A stretch of DNA of 64,000 nucleotides from Patescibacteria group bacterium (lineage in GTDB: Bacteria > Patescibacteriota > Patescibacteriia > Magasanikbacterales > JBBTQS01). Location: the NCBI GenBank assembly GCA_038065555.1, contig JBBTQS010000001.1:192741-256740 (forward strand), written 5' to 3'. A program made the position numbers and the translations under genes. The notes under the pieces were generated by a model, which was not told where the DNA came from, did not search any database, and was given only the letters and a program-made list of their open reading frames with translations. This document shows positions 21,879-31,291 of the stretch, piece by piece. The first letter of the stretch is position 1. Every line of letters starts with the position of its first letter.

Positions 21879-23027
21879 CTACAGGTCGATCTTGACCAGG
21901 TAGCCGCCGTTGTTGGAGTTGAAGACAGTGGAACTGAGGACGTTACCGTACGAATCGGTGAACCGCAGGGTCACGTCGTCGGCACCGGACGGCTTCTCCG
22001 GATACCAGACCGTTCGGTTACCCACGGCCACGACACTGCCGATCAGGAACCCATCATTCGTGCGAGCACCAGTCGGCACAGTGAGCTGAAACTTGATCAC
22101 GCGACGGTTCCAAGTGTTCTCAGAGTACCACGCCGACGCGTAGAAGTAGGTCCAGCTACGGTTGAAGCCGCTCTGTGCGCAGGTGGGTGTTGCGTAGTTG
22201 CTCATCCCGCCCCAGCTACAGAACTGCCCGTAGAAGTCAGCGCCCGAGAGATTGAACGAGGGTGCGGTGATCACCTCGACGTTCACGATCGCCACTGGGT
22301 TGCCGCTCCCTCCGCTTCCGCCGCCGTATCCTACCCAGACGCACTGATTGCTGCTGCACCCGTAGCCGCTGGCGCAATCACTGGAGGATCGGCAACAGTT
22401 GCTGATCTGCGTGTGCTGACACGAGCCGCCGGAGCTGCACCAGTCGTTGGTGCACACGTTGTTGTCCGCACACGACGCCGATGTGTTGCGGCAGTACGCT
22501 GCGCCGCCACTCACGTAGCACTCGTCCGTCGTACATCCATTGACATCGTTGCATGTGTACCGCGTTCCCTTGCAGACCCCGTTGCTCTGGTAGGTGTCGT
22601 TGTACGTGCACAGGTCCTGGTCGTTGCACGAGCCTGAGTACAGGTCCGTGCATGTGCCTGCGTAGCATCGCCGGTTCGCGCCGCACTGCGAGTCGTACAT
22701 GCAGCCGTCGTCAGACCCGGAGCACGTGAAGTCGATCGTGACGTTGCCCTTACAGCGGCCGTACGCGCACCACGACGACTCGAGGCTGACGCAGTTTGCC
22801 GAAAGGTCGGACTCATAGAGCCAGGCGTTGAACTCAGAGTACCCGCACTGACTACTCGAGTTGCAGGTCCCGAGCTCTGCCTCAATGACCCCCGTGCGCC
22901 CGCTCTCAGGAGCCGGGAGCGAAGCGATCTCCTGAGGAAGTGACGTGAACCCACCCGTCGCCATCGGATCTGTCCCGCATGCCACCATGGCTGCTGCGGC
23001 GCAGATCGCGAACATCAATTTTCTCAT
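21879..23027 (-). CDS. Secreted/lipoprotein cysteine-rich repeat protein with Gly-rich linker and C-terminal beta-rich domain
   Basis: Start at internal ATG MRKLMFAICAAAAMVACG (signal peptide/lipobox) preceded by AAGGAG SD. Mature protein has more than 45 Cys with repeats such as CNDVNGCTTDECY, CADNNVCTNDWC, then GYGGGSGGSGNP linker. Confidence 0.7.
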   Translation of the reverse strand: MRKLMFAICAAAAMVACGTDPMATGGFTSLPQEIASLPAPESGRTGVIEAELGTCNSSSQCGYSEFNAWLYESDLSANCVSLESSWCAYGRCKGNVTIDFTCSGSDDGCMYDSQCGANRRCYAGTCTDLYSGSCNDQDLCTYNDTYQSNGVCKGTRYTCNDVNGCTTDECYVSGGAAYCRNTSASCADNNVCTNDWCSSGGSCQHTQISNCCRSSSDCASGYGCSSNQCVWVGYGGGSGGSGNPVAIVNVEVITAPSFNLSGADFYGQFCSWGGMSNYATPTCAQSGFNRSWTYFYASAWYSENTWNRRVIKFQLTVPTGARTNDGFLIGSVVAVGNRTVWYPEKPSGADDVTLRFTDSYGNVLSSTVFNSNNGGYLVKIDL

Positions 23028-23130
23028 CGAACTCTCCTTGCTTGCGTTGCACCGCAACGCGCAAAACGACCAAGATTGCTCTCTTGGAAGTCCTGTGGGA
23101 TTTAAGCACGTTTTGTAGTTTTTGTCAATA

Positions 23131-23156
23131 GAAAAAGCCTGCACATGGCAGGCTTT
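23131..23156 (-). terminator. Rho-independent terminator after the exonuclease gene
   Basis: AAAGCCTGC-ACATG-GCAGGCTTT perfect 9 bp stem, followed on the minus strand by TTTTTCTATTG; coordinates approximate. Confidence 0.55.
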
Positions 23157-23175
23157 CCCTTATTTAACCGTGATA

Positions 23176-23760
23176 TTAGAACGGGAGCGAGAGGTTGACG
23201 TTCACCGGAGTTGTTGATGCCGCAGGCATTTCGAAGTTCACGGGGAATGGTCGCAGCTGTCCTGTGAGAATGTCGTTGTAGAACAACTGCTTGTTCTTCT
23301 TGCCGAATTCGTACACGTCTCGTGTGATCTTCACATCATCCATGCAGTACTTGATCAGATCGTCCCAATTTCCTTCCTTGAACCACTGTACTGCTTGCAA
23401 TCCTTCGCCACTCTTCTCGATTTTGAGCGTCGCCTTTGCTACGTCGTTGAGCTTGAGTCGTGTGCCGAGATTCTTCTTGATCTCCACGAGCATGTCGAGT
23501 TGTGGGAGCTTGAGCAAGTCGCCCGCATAGTAGTTGTTGAGCACTGGGATGTCGAAGAAGATCGAGTTGTACCCAATGATGCGATCTGCCTGCTCAAGGA
23601 GCGGCCACATATTCTTCAACTCATCTTCACGAAATGACTGGAACGTGTCTGTCGCATAGTCATACAAACAGACAACAGAGACCTTGAGGCCTCTGATGTC
23701 ATTGTTGACGTCTGCGAAAATGTTTTGGGTTTCGATGTCAAGAACAATTTCACGGGACAT
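23176..23760 (-). CDS. Predicted 3'-5' exonuclease of the RNase H-like / PolB-exonuclease-like (DEDD) superfamily
   Basis: Start at ATG (MSREIVLDIETQN) with AAGGAGG SD; Exo I LDIET, Exo II-like YNSIFFD, Exo III KYCMDDV motifs. Confidence 0.6.
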   Translation of the reverse strand: MSREIVLDIETQNIFADVNNDIRGLKVSVVCLYDYATDTFQSFREDELKNMWPLLEQADRIIGYNSIFFDIPVLNNYYAGDLLKLPQLDMLVEIKKNLGTRLKLNDVAKATLKIEKSGEGLQAVQWFKEGNWDDLIKYCMDDVKITRDVYEFGKKNKQLFYNDILTGQLRPFPVNFEMPAASTTPVNVNLSLPF

Positions 23761-23776
23761 ACCTCCTTTGGATTGA

Positions 23777-24373
23777 TTACTTACCGAGTGTTCCTGAACC
23801 TGGCTCCCATTCAATAGGGCAGAGTTCACCGGTTTGCAATGCTTCGAGAACGCGCAAGGTCTCCTTCACCGAGCGACCGACGTTGTTGTCAGAAACAACC
23901 ATGTACTTGAGCTCACCATCTGGATCAACAATGAATGTTCCGCGAAGTGCGATACCTTTGTCTTCCAGAAGCACTCCGTAGCTGCGTGCAACGCGATGCG
24001 CGGTGTCAGCAAGCACAGGGAACTTCACACCAGGGAGATCACGCTCGAACCATGCTTTGTGGCTGTGCTCAGAGTCTGTGGATGCACCAACGATCACTGC
24101 ATTCTTTGCATTGAACTCAGCTTCGTGTGATGCGAACCCCTTGATCTCTGTTGGACACACGAATGTGAAATCCAATGGGTAGAAGAAGAGCACTACCCAC
24201 TTGCCTGCATAATCTGCAAGGCGAACGCGCTTGAATTCACCTGCAACATACGCCATCTCATCGAAATGTGGCGCTGGGTGACCCACCTGCAACGGTGATC
24301 CTGCTCCGCCCATTTCTTCGAAAAGTCCTTCATCTTCACCGCATCCGCCGCCGTTTTCTTTACAACATGACAT
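23777..24373 (-). CDS. 2-Cys peroxiredoxin (AhpC/TSA family)
   Basis: FTFVCPTEI peroxidatic Cys motif and C-terminal resolving Cys (GELCPIEW); ORF has an unusual 20-aa Cys/Gly/acidic N-terminal extension (MSCCKENGGGCGEDEG...) and may really start at internal Met (about 24313). Confidence 0.8.
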   Translation of the reverse strand: MSCCKENGGGCGEDEGLFEEMGGAGSPLQVGHPAPHFDEMAYVAGEFKRVRLADYAGKWVVLFFYPLDFTFVCPTEIKGFASHEAEFNAKNAVIVGASTDSEHSHKAWFERDLPGVKFPVLADTAHRVARSYGVLLEDKGIALRGTFIVDPDGELKYMVVSDNNVGRSVKETLRVLEALQTGELCPIEWEPGSGTLGK

Positions 24374-24392
24374 AGCCTAAATCATTACAGAA

Positions 24393-25004
24393 TTACAATG
24401 TGCACTTGCGTGCCTTCTCATAGTACTCGTTCGCTACGCTCCAATCAAGGTTCTTGAAGAAATCATCAATGTACGCGCCACGATTCGCTCCATAATCCAT
24501 GAAATACGCATGCTCATAGACATCAAGGACGATGAGTGGAATACAGCCCCAGACACCACCCTGATTGTGCGCGTCTGCGGTATAGACCTTCACCGTCTGT
24601 GCGCGCATATCCCAGCACAGCACCGCCCAGCCACGCGCAGCCATGCCGCACGCCTTGAAATAGCCATAGAAATTCTCGAGTGATCCCATTTTTTCCACCA
24701 GCGCGTCAACGAGCGTCCCTGTTGGCTCCCCAGAACCACCAAGAACGGAGAAATACCATTCGTGGAGGTACACACCATTACGCGCAAATGTCTCGCCTTC
24801 CTTGAGTCCGCGAATGTGGCTGTAGCTCTGATTGGGCGCATCGAAGTTCGCCTGATTCATGCAGAACTCGTTGAGCTTCTGCGAAATCTCGTTGGCTTTC
24901 TTCACGTACCCTTGATAGAGCGTGTCTTGATGGATCTGAAGTGTCTTTTCGGAAATGCCTGTAAGAGGCTTTTCCCATGTGTATTTGCGGGGTTCGATGG
25001 CCAT
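24393..25004 (-). CDS. sodA: Fe/Mn superoxide dismutase
   Basis: Start at MAIEPRKYTWEKPL; metal ligands in HQDTLYQGY... and DVYEHAYF (D-x-W/Y-E-H-A-Y); ORF-track N-terminal extension overlaps gpsA so trimmed. Confidence 0.85.
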   Translation of the reverse strand: MAIEPRKYTWEKPLTGISEKTLQIHQDTLYQGYVKKANEISQKLNEFCMNQANFDAPNQSYSHIRGLKEGETFARNGVYLHEWYFSVLGGSGEPTGTLVDALVEKMGSLENFYGYFKACGMAARGWAVLCWDMRAQTVKVYTADAHNQGGVWGCIPLIVLDVYEHAYFMDYGANRGAYIDDFFKNLDWSVANEYYEKARKCTL

Positions 25005-25008
25005 AGTG

Positions 25009-25902
25009 TTATGCGAAAAACTGAGTGAAGAATGCTGCGGGAGACTGAGCGCCGCGTAGCACACCCACTATACCAGACAACAGTGGGTAGCGCGCAATCG
25101 CCTCGTCGCCCCCAAGAAGAACAACCAGGGACTGGTATGATGCTGCACCTTCAGCAGTCGCGAGCGCTTCTGGGGCCTGAACAAATTGCATCCCATAGGT
25201 GAAGTTGCGCGAATACGTGCCTGCAGACGTTGCTACAAAATCTCCAATGCCTGCAATGCCATACACCGTCTCACGTTTGCCACCAAGCGCCTCACACTGC
25301 GCCGCCATTTCGCCAATCGCAGTTGCAACACAGGTGCCGCGTGCGTTGTCGCCCAGCTCAAGCGCAACAAGCATACCGATCCCAATCGTGTACACATTCT
25401 TGAGTACACCACAGAGCACCACACCGCGCACATCATCTGTTGTGGTGGTGCGTAGTCCTGTTTGTGCAAAGAGTGCTTGTACGCGAGCGAGCGCTGCTGC
25501 ATCAGTGGACGCGAGCACTGCGCCTGCTGGTTTGCTCTCCATCAATTCTTCAGCAAGCATCGGTCCAGAGAGAAATACCACCGGCATTTGATCTCCGATA
25601 CTCTCTGCACAGATCACATCTGTTGTTGCGTGCGTGTCACGCTCAACGCCTTTTGCGATTGAGATGAAAATCGCGTGGGGCGGCATATGCGGAAGTGCAC
25701 GAGTAATCGCATCTCGCAGACACCATGATGGCACTGCTGCGACAATGAATTCTGCTTGTGCAAGTGCAGATTCGAGCGTGTGCTGCACAGGCATCTTGGC
25801 CGCATCAACGTCCCACAGCGTACACGTGTGTCCAACGCGAGTAAGTACGGTTGCAAGCGCCTGTCCGAACTCCCCTGCACCCAACATGGTAATACGAGCC
25901 AT
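25009..25902 (-). CDS. gpsA: NAD(P)H-dependent glycerol-3-phosphate dehydrogenase
   Basis: 297 aa; N-terminal Rossmann MARITMLGAGEFGQALA; GpsA-type catalytic domain (GVLKNVYTIGIGM, GLRTTTTDDVRGV). Confidence 0.75.
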   Translation of the reverse strand: MARITMLGAGEFGQALATVLTRVGHTCTLWDVDAAKMPVQHTLESALAQAEFIVAAVPSWCLRDAITRALPHMPPHAIFISIAKGVERDTHATTDVICAESIGDQMPVVFLSGPMLAEELMESKPAGAVLASTDAAALARVQALFAQTGLRTTTTDDVRGVVLCGVLKNVYTIGIGMLVALELGDNARGTCVATAIGEMAAQCEALGGKRETVYGIAGIGDFVATSAGTYSRNFTYGMQFVQAPEALATAEGAASYQSLVVLLGGDEAIARYPLLSGIVGVLRGAQSPAAFFTQFFA

Positions 25903-25986
25903 AGAAGTGATTAGTTATCCACATTGACTGAGTCAAAATATCATAGATAGTGTAGCCGCACCCCCGTACTCCTACAAGGAGAGCTC

Positions 25987-26346
25987 ATGAACTGTCCGCT
26001 ACTGATTGTACTCGTTGTCGCATCCTGCGGCTACGAGATGGCTGCCCCGACTGACATCAATTACGAGGTGCAAAATCCTGAAACAACCAATACGCACGTG
26101 TCCGAAGAGCCGCTCATTCCTACCGGACAGCTCCTTCTGCAGACACTGTGTGTGAGCGACAATCCCTGTGTAGTGGCAACGATCGACGCTGCGGCTGGAG
26201 TCTGCGAATTCCAGACCACTGATCTACAAGGCGAGGTGTTCTGTGACGACCACAACCCCTGTACTCGCGACGACATGTGCTACGAGGATTACTGTCTGGG
26301 TGAAGTGATCGAAGGGTGTGACCTCGATGATACCTATTACTACTAG
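25987..26346 (+). CDS. Small cysteine-rich lipoprotein carrying one or two copies of the same C-x-D-x-N-x-C-T-x-D-x-C repeat
   Basis: 119 aa; lipoprotein signal MNCPLLIVLVVASCG; CDDHNPCTRDDMCYEDYC repeat. Confidence 0.55.
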   Translation: MNCPLLIVLVVASCGYEMAAPTDINYEVQNPETTNTHVSEEPLIPTGQLLLQTLCVSDNPCVVATIDAAAGVCEFQTTDLQGEVFCDDHNPCTRDDMCYEDYCLGEVIEGCDLDDTYYY

Positions 26347-26349
26347 GAG

Positions 26350-26745
26350 GTGACGATGCGACGCACATTTTGCATCGCCCATCCCATCGAACTCAGCGAA
26401 GATCCCATTCCAGTACTCATGACCGAGCCCAACTCCCCGTGTGGTGTTGTTCGGCCACTCTGGCTGTGGCCTGACCACGACGAATACTTCCTCTACCACA
26501 TCGACGACGACTCGCTCGAGCAACTCGTGCACTATATCCGCGTGCAGACACACGTGGATGAGTACGCACGCATTCTCGCGCCATACTACGACAGCATCAC
26601 CCGATTTTTGCGTGACATGCAGGTCCGCATCGATCGTGCTGCTATCATCGACGAACTCCACAAACATCCAGAGCTGATGCCAGCGCTTGCGGGAATTTTC
26701 GCAACGCGTGAGGTGCTGCGTCGCAAATCGCTGCCATCAGCATAA
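26350..26745 (+). CDS. Hypothetical protein, translationally coupled to the small Cys-rich lipoprotein gene (4 nt gap)
   Basis: 131 aa, no recognisable motifs. Confidence 0.4.
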   Translation: MTMRRTFCIAHPIELSEDPIPVLMTEPNSPCGVVRPLWLWPDHDEYFLYHIDDDSLEQLVHYIRVQTHVDEYARILAPYYDSITRFLRDMQVRIDRAAIIDELHKHPELMPALAGIFATREVLRRKSLPSA

Positions 26746-26794
26746 CAGCACCCGCAACACACACGACTCCTCCGAGCGTGTGTGTTCTCTTTTG

Positions 26795-28567
26795 TTAATC
26801 AATGAATCCGCCGGCTTGGAGTTGCCACAGACGTGCGTAGATTCCGCGCTTCTTGGTGATAAGTTCGTTGTGGGTCCCCTGCTCTGCTACCTGACCATTC
26901 TTGATGACCACAATGCGATCCATCTGCATGATGGTTGAGAGTCGATGCGCGATGACAATAACCGTTCGGTTCTCCATGAGCGTCTGCAATGCCTCCTGGA
27001 TATAGACTTCTGATTGTGAGTCGAGACTTGCCGTTGCTTCGTCGAGTACGAGGATCGGTGCATTCTTCACGACGGCTCGTGCTATGGCGATGCGTTGACG
27101 CTCACCTCCTGAGAGCTTCACACCACGCTCACCTACTTGTGTCTGATACTTTTGCGGAAGTCCCATGATGAATTCTTCGCAGTGTGCGATGCGCGCTGCT
27201 GTCTTTGCTTGTGCAATGGTGGCGTCCTCGCGTCCGTATCGAATATTCTCGAGCACAGATCGATGGAAGAGAACAGGATCCTGCGGAACGAGCGCAATGT
27301 GTCTGCGCACGCTGTCCTGCGTTACGGTGGTGATATCTGTTCCGTCGATGCTAATGGTGCCTTTTTGTACATCGTAGAGGCGCAGAAGTAACTTGAGAAG
27401 CGTACTCTTGCCGGCGCCAGATGGTCCGACGATTGCTACGCGTTCGCCAGGTTTGATCGAGAGCGAGAATGCATCGAGAATCTTGCGTCGTTTGCGACCT
27501 TTCGGCTGATACGAGAACGTGACATTGCGCAATTCGACGCCACCGCCGCGTACTTCGAGCTGGCCAGCGCGTGCTGCGTCTTTGACTTCAAGCGGTTCTG
27601 TGAGCACTTCTACCATTTCTTTTGCATCTGCAAACGACTCGTAGACTTTTTCTATCACGCGTCCGAAGTCATACATGTGATAGAACATTTCGAATACGTA
27701 GGTCTGGATGAGCACAAAGTCACCGATGCTCAGGAGCCCCTGTGACCAGTACGTAACGCCGAAGTAGATCACTGCGAACTCCAGAAGTACCGAGAGCGTG
27801 TTGCGAACAATATCTGCAAATGTGTCGAGATCCAGCGTGAGCTTGCGAAGACGGAAATAGCGCTCGACCATGGCCGTGAATCCAGAGCGCTCGTGCCGAT
27901 AGCCATTGAAGAGCTTGATCGTTGCATTGTTGGTGATTGTATCTGCGAGATACCCCGTGGTCTTGGATTCTACTTCTGCGCGATCAATCTCGTACTGCTG
28001 CTTCCACATGGAGAATCCGTACTGCGCCGTAATGAATACGACCAACCAAACGAGCATCGCGTACCCGATCGCCGGATTCACGAAGAACAACACAATGAGC
28101 GTGAATGTAATACGCAACGCGAGGCGCAGCACATCCCAGATAGCTACCTCGAACAATACTTCGAACCCTCGAGTGAATCGTCGCAATCGAGTAACGAGTG
28201 ATCCAACAAAATTTGTTGCAAAAAAGCGATGTGAGTGGAGATGAATGCGAGCAAATCCCATGAGCAGCAGATTCGCACTCATGCGCGAGCTCAAATAATT
28301 ATCAAATAATGCCGCTCCACGGTTGAAGAGCATGCTCACTGCATTCCAGACTGCGATGATTATTACGAGCGTTGTCAACGAATCAAGCGCAGCAGCACGG
28401 TCGTCAGCACTGGCAAGAATATCAAACACCTGTTTGTACAGATACGGAACGTACAGTTCGGCACACACGGACGCGAGAATACACAACAAGAGGAGCGCCA
28501 CCAGGAATCCATGGCGGCGCACCTCTCCCCAATACAATGAAATGGTTTGTGTTGTAATTCTTCGCAT
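26795..28567 (-). CDS. ABC transporter, fused permease/ATP-binding protein (type I exporter, MsbA-like)
   Basis: 590 aa; 6 TM N-terminal domain; Walker A GPSGAGKST, signature LSGGERQRIAIARA, Walker B ILVLDEATS. Confidence 0.85.
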   Translation of the reverse strand: MRRITTQTISLYWGEVRRHGFLVALLLLCILASVCAELYVPYLYKQVFDILASADDRAAALDSLTTLVIIIAVWNAVSMLFNRGAALFDNYLSSRMSANLLLMGFARIHLHSHRFFATNFVGSLVTRLRRFTRGFEVLFEVAIWDVLRLALRITFTLIVLFFVNPAIGYAMLVWLVVFITAQYGFSMWKQQYEIDRAEVESKTTGYLADTITNNATIKLFNGYRHERSGFTAMVERYFRLRKLTLDLDTFADIVRNTLSVLLEFAVIYFGVTYWSQGLLSIGDFVLIQTYVFEMFYHMYDFGRVIEKVYESFADAKEMVEVLTEPLEVKDAARAGQLEVRGGGVELRNVTFSYQPKGRKRRKILDAFSLSIKPGERVAIVGPSGAGKSTLLKLLLRLYDVQKGTISIDGTDITTVTQDSVRRHIALVPQDPVLFHRSVLENIRYGREDATIAQAKTAARIAHCEEFIMGLPQKYQTQVGERGVKLSGGERQRIAIARAVVKNAPILVLDEATASLDSQSEVYIQEALQTLMENRTVIVIAHRLSTIMQMDRIVVIKNGQVAEQGTHNELITKKRGIYARLWQLQAGGFID

Positions 28568-28611
28568 AGCGTAAGGAACGAGACAAGATCAGCACCGAGG
28601 CACGATCGTGA

Positions 28612-29409
28612 TTAGCGAATGGAGTAGCGAAGGGTTACAAAGACTTGAATCTCTTGGCTACCAGCTTCGATCACTGGTGCTGGAGCACCTTCTTGCTTTG
28701 CGTCAGCTGACACCGCATTCATTGTTCGTACTCCGCCACCATATCCCATTTCTGGATATGCAGCTGGCATTGGTGATGCACCTTCGTCAATGGAAATCAG
28801 TTTGCCAATGCGAACGTCTCCTGCTTTTGCGATTGACTTTGCTTTTTCGCGAGCCTTGCTAATGGCTTCGATGCGAGCCTGATTGCGGATGGTCTCTAGA
28901 TCGTCCACGGTGAATGTGAGTTGGCTCACATCATTTGCTCCACGCTCGACAACACCCGCGAGAATATCGCTTGCTGCCGCGAAGTCACGCACCTTCACTG
29001 TCACACGCTGCGTCACGGTGTATCCAACGATCTCTGGTGGAGGGCACACTCCTGCAGCACAGCTTGAGTACTGGTAGCGTGGCTCTACTTGGTACTGTGC
29101 AGTTGTAATATCTTTTGCGTCGACATTTTTGCTCTTCACGAAGGAGATCGCTTCGTTTACTTTTTGTGTATTCTGCTTTTGCAATGTTGCGAGATCGCGA
29201 CCTCCTTGGGTTGTGACACCAAAGGTGAACTGCGCGACATTTGGCACGACAACTACTTTGCTCTCCCCTTGCACCGTGAAGCTACGCGCTGTTGCTGGAT
29301 CGCTCGCGCGCGAATAGGCGCTGCTCATGCGCAGCAAGCCAGCAGTTCCTGCAAGACACAGGACAATCAGCATGACTCCGAGGATATTCTTGATCGTTGG
29401 ATGCATCAT
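28612..29409 (-). CDS. SIMPL-domain (DUF541, YggE-like) secreted protein
   Basis: 265 aa; N-terminal signal/TM; SIMPL-type beta-rich domain with conserved VRIGKLISIDEG and C-terminal GSQEI.V.V. Confidence 0.6.
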   Translation of the reverse strand: MMHPTIKNILGVMLIVLCLAGTAGLLRMSSAYSRASDPATARSFTVQGESKVVVVPNVAQFTFGVTTQGGRDLATLQKQNTQKVNEAISFVKSKNVDAKDITTAQYQVEPRYQYSSCAAGVCPPPEIVGYTVTQRVTVKVRDFAAASDILAGVVERGANDVSQLTFTVDDLETIRNQARIEAISKAREKAKSIAKAGDVRIGKLISIDEGASPMPAAYPEMGYGGGVRTMNAVSADAKQEGAPAPVIEAGSQEIQVFVTLRYSIR

Positions 29410-29500
29410 ATTTTGGATTAAATATGAACCAAGTATAGCACAATAATAAGCAACGCGCCCACAGGGTTCTGTAGGCGCGCACTCGAAGGCGGCGGACGGA

Positions 29501-29671
29501 TCACATGCTCGGCTGGAGCATCATGTTGATGTCATGAGGCGTCGCGTCGCCGGGAACGTAGACCGTTCCGTATCCGTGGATGAACACCGCGGTGTGGCCA
29601 GGCGGAGCGCCTGATCCAGACTTCACACCCTGCGGTTCAGGCGGAATGATCACGATTTGCTGTATTTGCAT
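29501..29671 (-). CDS. Unannotated small ORF (56 aa) with strong Shine-Dalgarno
   Basis: Minus strand GGAGGAGCAACGTG-ATG...; product MQIQQIVIIPPEPQGVKSGSGAPPGHTAVFIHGYGTVYVPGDATPHDINMMLQPSM; below ORF-track cut-off; coordinates approximate. Confidence 0.35.
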   Translation of the reverse strand: MQIQQIVIIPPEPQGVKSGSGAPPGHTAVFIHGYGTVYVPGDATPHDINMMLQPSM

Positions 29672-29736
29672 CACGTTGCTCCTCCGAGCGGTTGGTACAT
29701 CGTATGTACCACGAATGTGGTGTCTTTGTCAACCTG

Positions 29737-30156
29737 CTACTTCCACATGCCGAGGATCAAACCAAATACAATGAACAATACGAGCTGATATCCTGCCTGA
29801 ATCAAGAATCGCGACCACGCAATCTGACGTGAGTCATTGGTCCACATGCACGCACCAGCAACGGTTGGCATAACGAACGCTGCCCAAATCCACAGAGCAT
29901 TAACCACGCCCGATGCATCTGACCACCCAGCAATGTACTGCGCAAGAACATACGCCTGGAAAAGGGTGAGCAAGAATTGGACCAGGTAGAGCGGACCTGC
30001 AGCCTTCTGCATTTTTTTGCGTGTTTCGATGTCCTGGTTCGTTGCGCCGATAATGCGCATCCACATTTTGCCAAAAAGTGGTCCGTACCAGATCGAACCA
30101 ATGATCATCGAAACCACACCACACACGAGCACTGCCCAATAATTAATTTCCAACAT
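29737..30156 (-). CDS. DUF1761-family membrane protein
   Basis: 139 aa; N-terminus MLEINYWAVLVCGVVSMIIGSIWYGPLFGKMW matches the DUF1761 signature; 4 TM helices. Confidence 0.6.
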   Translation of the reverse strand: MLEINYWAVLVCGVVSMIIGSIWYGPLFGKMWMRIIGATNQDIETRKKMQKAAGPLYLVQFLLTLFQAYVLAQYIAGWSDASGVVNALWIWAAFVMPTVAGACMWTNDSRQIAWSRFLIQAGYQLVLFIVFGLILGMWK

Positions 30157-30269
30157 AAAAATCGGTTAATAGTTACAATAGTATACGCGCCGAAGTACAG
30201 GGAGCACAAATGAAAAACGCGACCTCGTTGAGAGATCGCGTGCCGGACACACGAGCGTGTGACAGAAGT

Positions 30270-30545
30270 TCATGCACTCGGCTGTGCAACATCAACGCGG
30301 GTCACCACGTCGACGACACGAACGAGTACGTCGGAGTCCGAACCTGCGTATGAAACATCCTCGGGGATCGGTTCTCCGCACGACGTACGATCATCGACAA
30401 GCACCTGGATGGCGTCTTGCCCTTGGCTGATCGCATGCGCTTCGTCGGTGCCGAAGGTGATACACTCGTCAGGGAATGCTGGCGCGCGCACATGGAAGAG
30501 CTCTTCATGAGCGTCCCACGTGAGCACTAGTGTAAATCGATGCAT
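30270..30545 (-). CDS. HicB-like (UPF0150) antitoxin-fold protein, orphan (no HicA partner seen)
   Basis: 91 aa; F.V.L..D...ELFHV.APAFP.C.TFG.T.EEA pattern typical of HicB/UPF0150. Confidence 0.45.
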   Translation of the reverse strand: MHRFTLVLTWDAHEELFHVRAPAFPDECITFGTDEAHAISQGQDAIQVLVDDRTSCGEPIPEDVSYAGSDSDVLVRVVDVVTRVDVAQPSA

Positions 30546-30568
30546 GGTTGCACCTCCTACGTGAGAAC

Positions 30569-31267
30569 CTACACTCTTGGCTGTGGAGTGTCAATCTGTG
30601 CTGCGTACCATCGCACCAGCGGCAAGCCCGCGATCGTTCCTGCTGCAACACACATGACATCAACCTGCGTATCCCATGCGATAACCGTTCGATACATACC
30701 TGAGAGACTCGTTCCAAAAAACAGATCCACGGTCAGCTCATACACTTCCCAAACCACCCCCGTTACAAGCAACCCACCAAACGTATACCAGGTTGCACGG
30801 CGCAGTGTGAGATCAAATCGAACCATCATGAGGAGCGGAAGCACCACCATGGTTACAAATGGAATGGCAAAATGCAGCACTTTGTCGTATTGAAAACCAA
30901 CACGATACAACTGATACAGCCCCAGATCACCAATCACCGAAACAAAAATAAAAAGTGTCAGCAAATATTGTGCTCGATGCACTGCGGCGTTCTTTGCATC
31001 AGCATGTATCTCAGTCTCCTCAACTGCAAATGCCCAATACAGCCAGTACACCATCGCGATACCGGCCAACGAAATCAGCCCCATGTACCGCGTGTCATAG
31101 AAAGATGGAAACCACGAAAGTGGTGAAAACGTAAGTACAACAAAGAGCGCAATCAGAAATGCGTAGAAGGCGCGAATGGTGCGCGCTCGATGGCGCTGGC
31201 CGTGCATGAGGTTCTGAGGCATACGTTGGTCAAGCAGAATCGACACTTGGTTATACCCCGAACTCAA
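30569..31267 (-). CDS. Hypothetical polytopic membrane protein (about 6 TM)
   Basis: 232 aa, hydrophobic helices throughout; no family recognised. Confidence 0.4.
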   Translation of the reverse strand: MSSGYNQVSILLDQRMPQNLMHGQRHRARTIRAFYAFLIALFVVLTFSPLSWFPSFYDTRYMGLISLAGIAMVYWLYWAFAVEETEIHADAKNAAVHRAQYLLTLFIFVSVIGDLGLYQLYRVGFQYDKVLHFAIPFVTMVVLPLLMMVRFDLTLRRATWYTFGGLLVTGVVWEVYELTVDLFFGTSLSGMYRTVIAWDTQVDVMCVAAGTIAGLPLVRWYAAQIDTPQPRV

Positions 31268-31291
31268 GAATAAGTCAATGGACGCGCTGCG

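Noticed and set aside
21717-22637. 306-aa plus-strand ORF
   Set aside because: Antisense to the cysteine-rich lipoprotein gene; Arg/Val/Ala-rich reverse-frame artefact.
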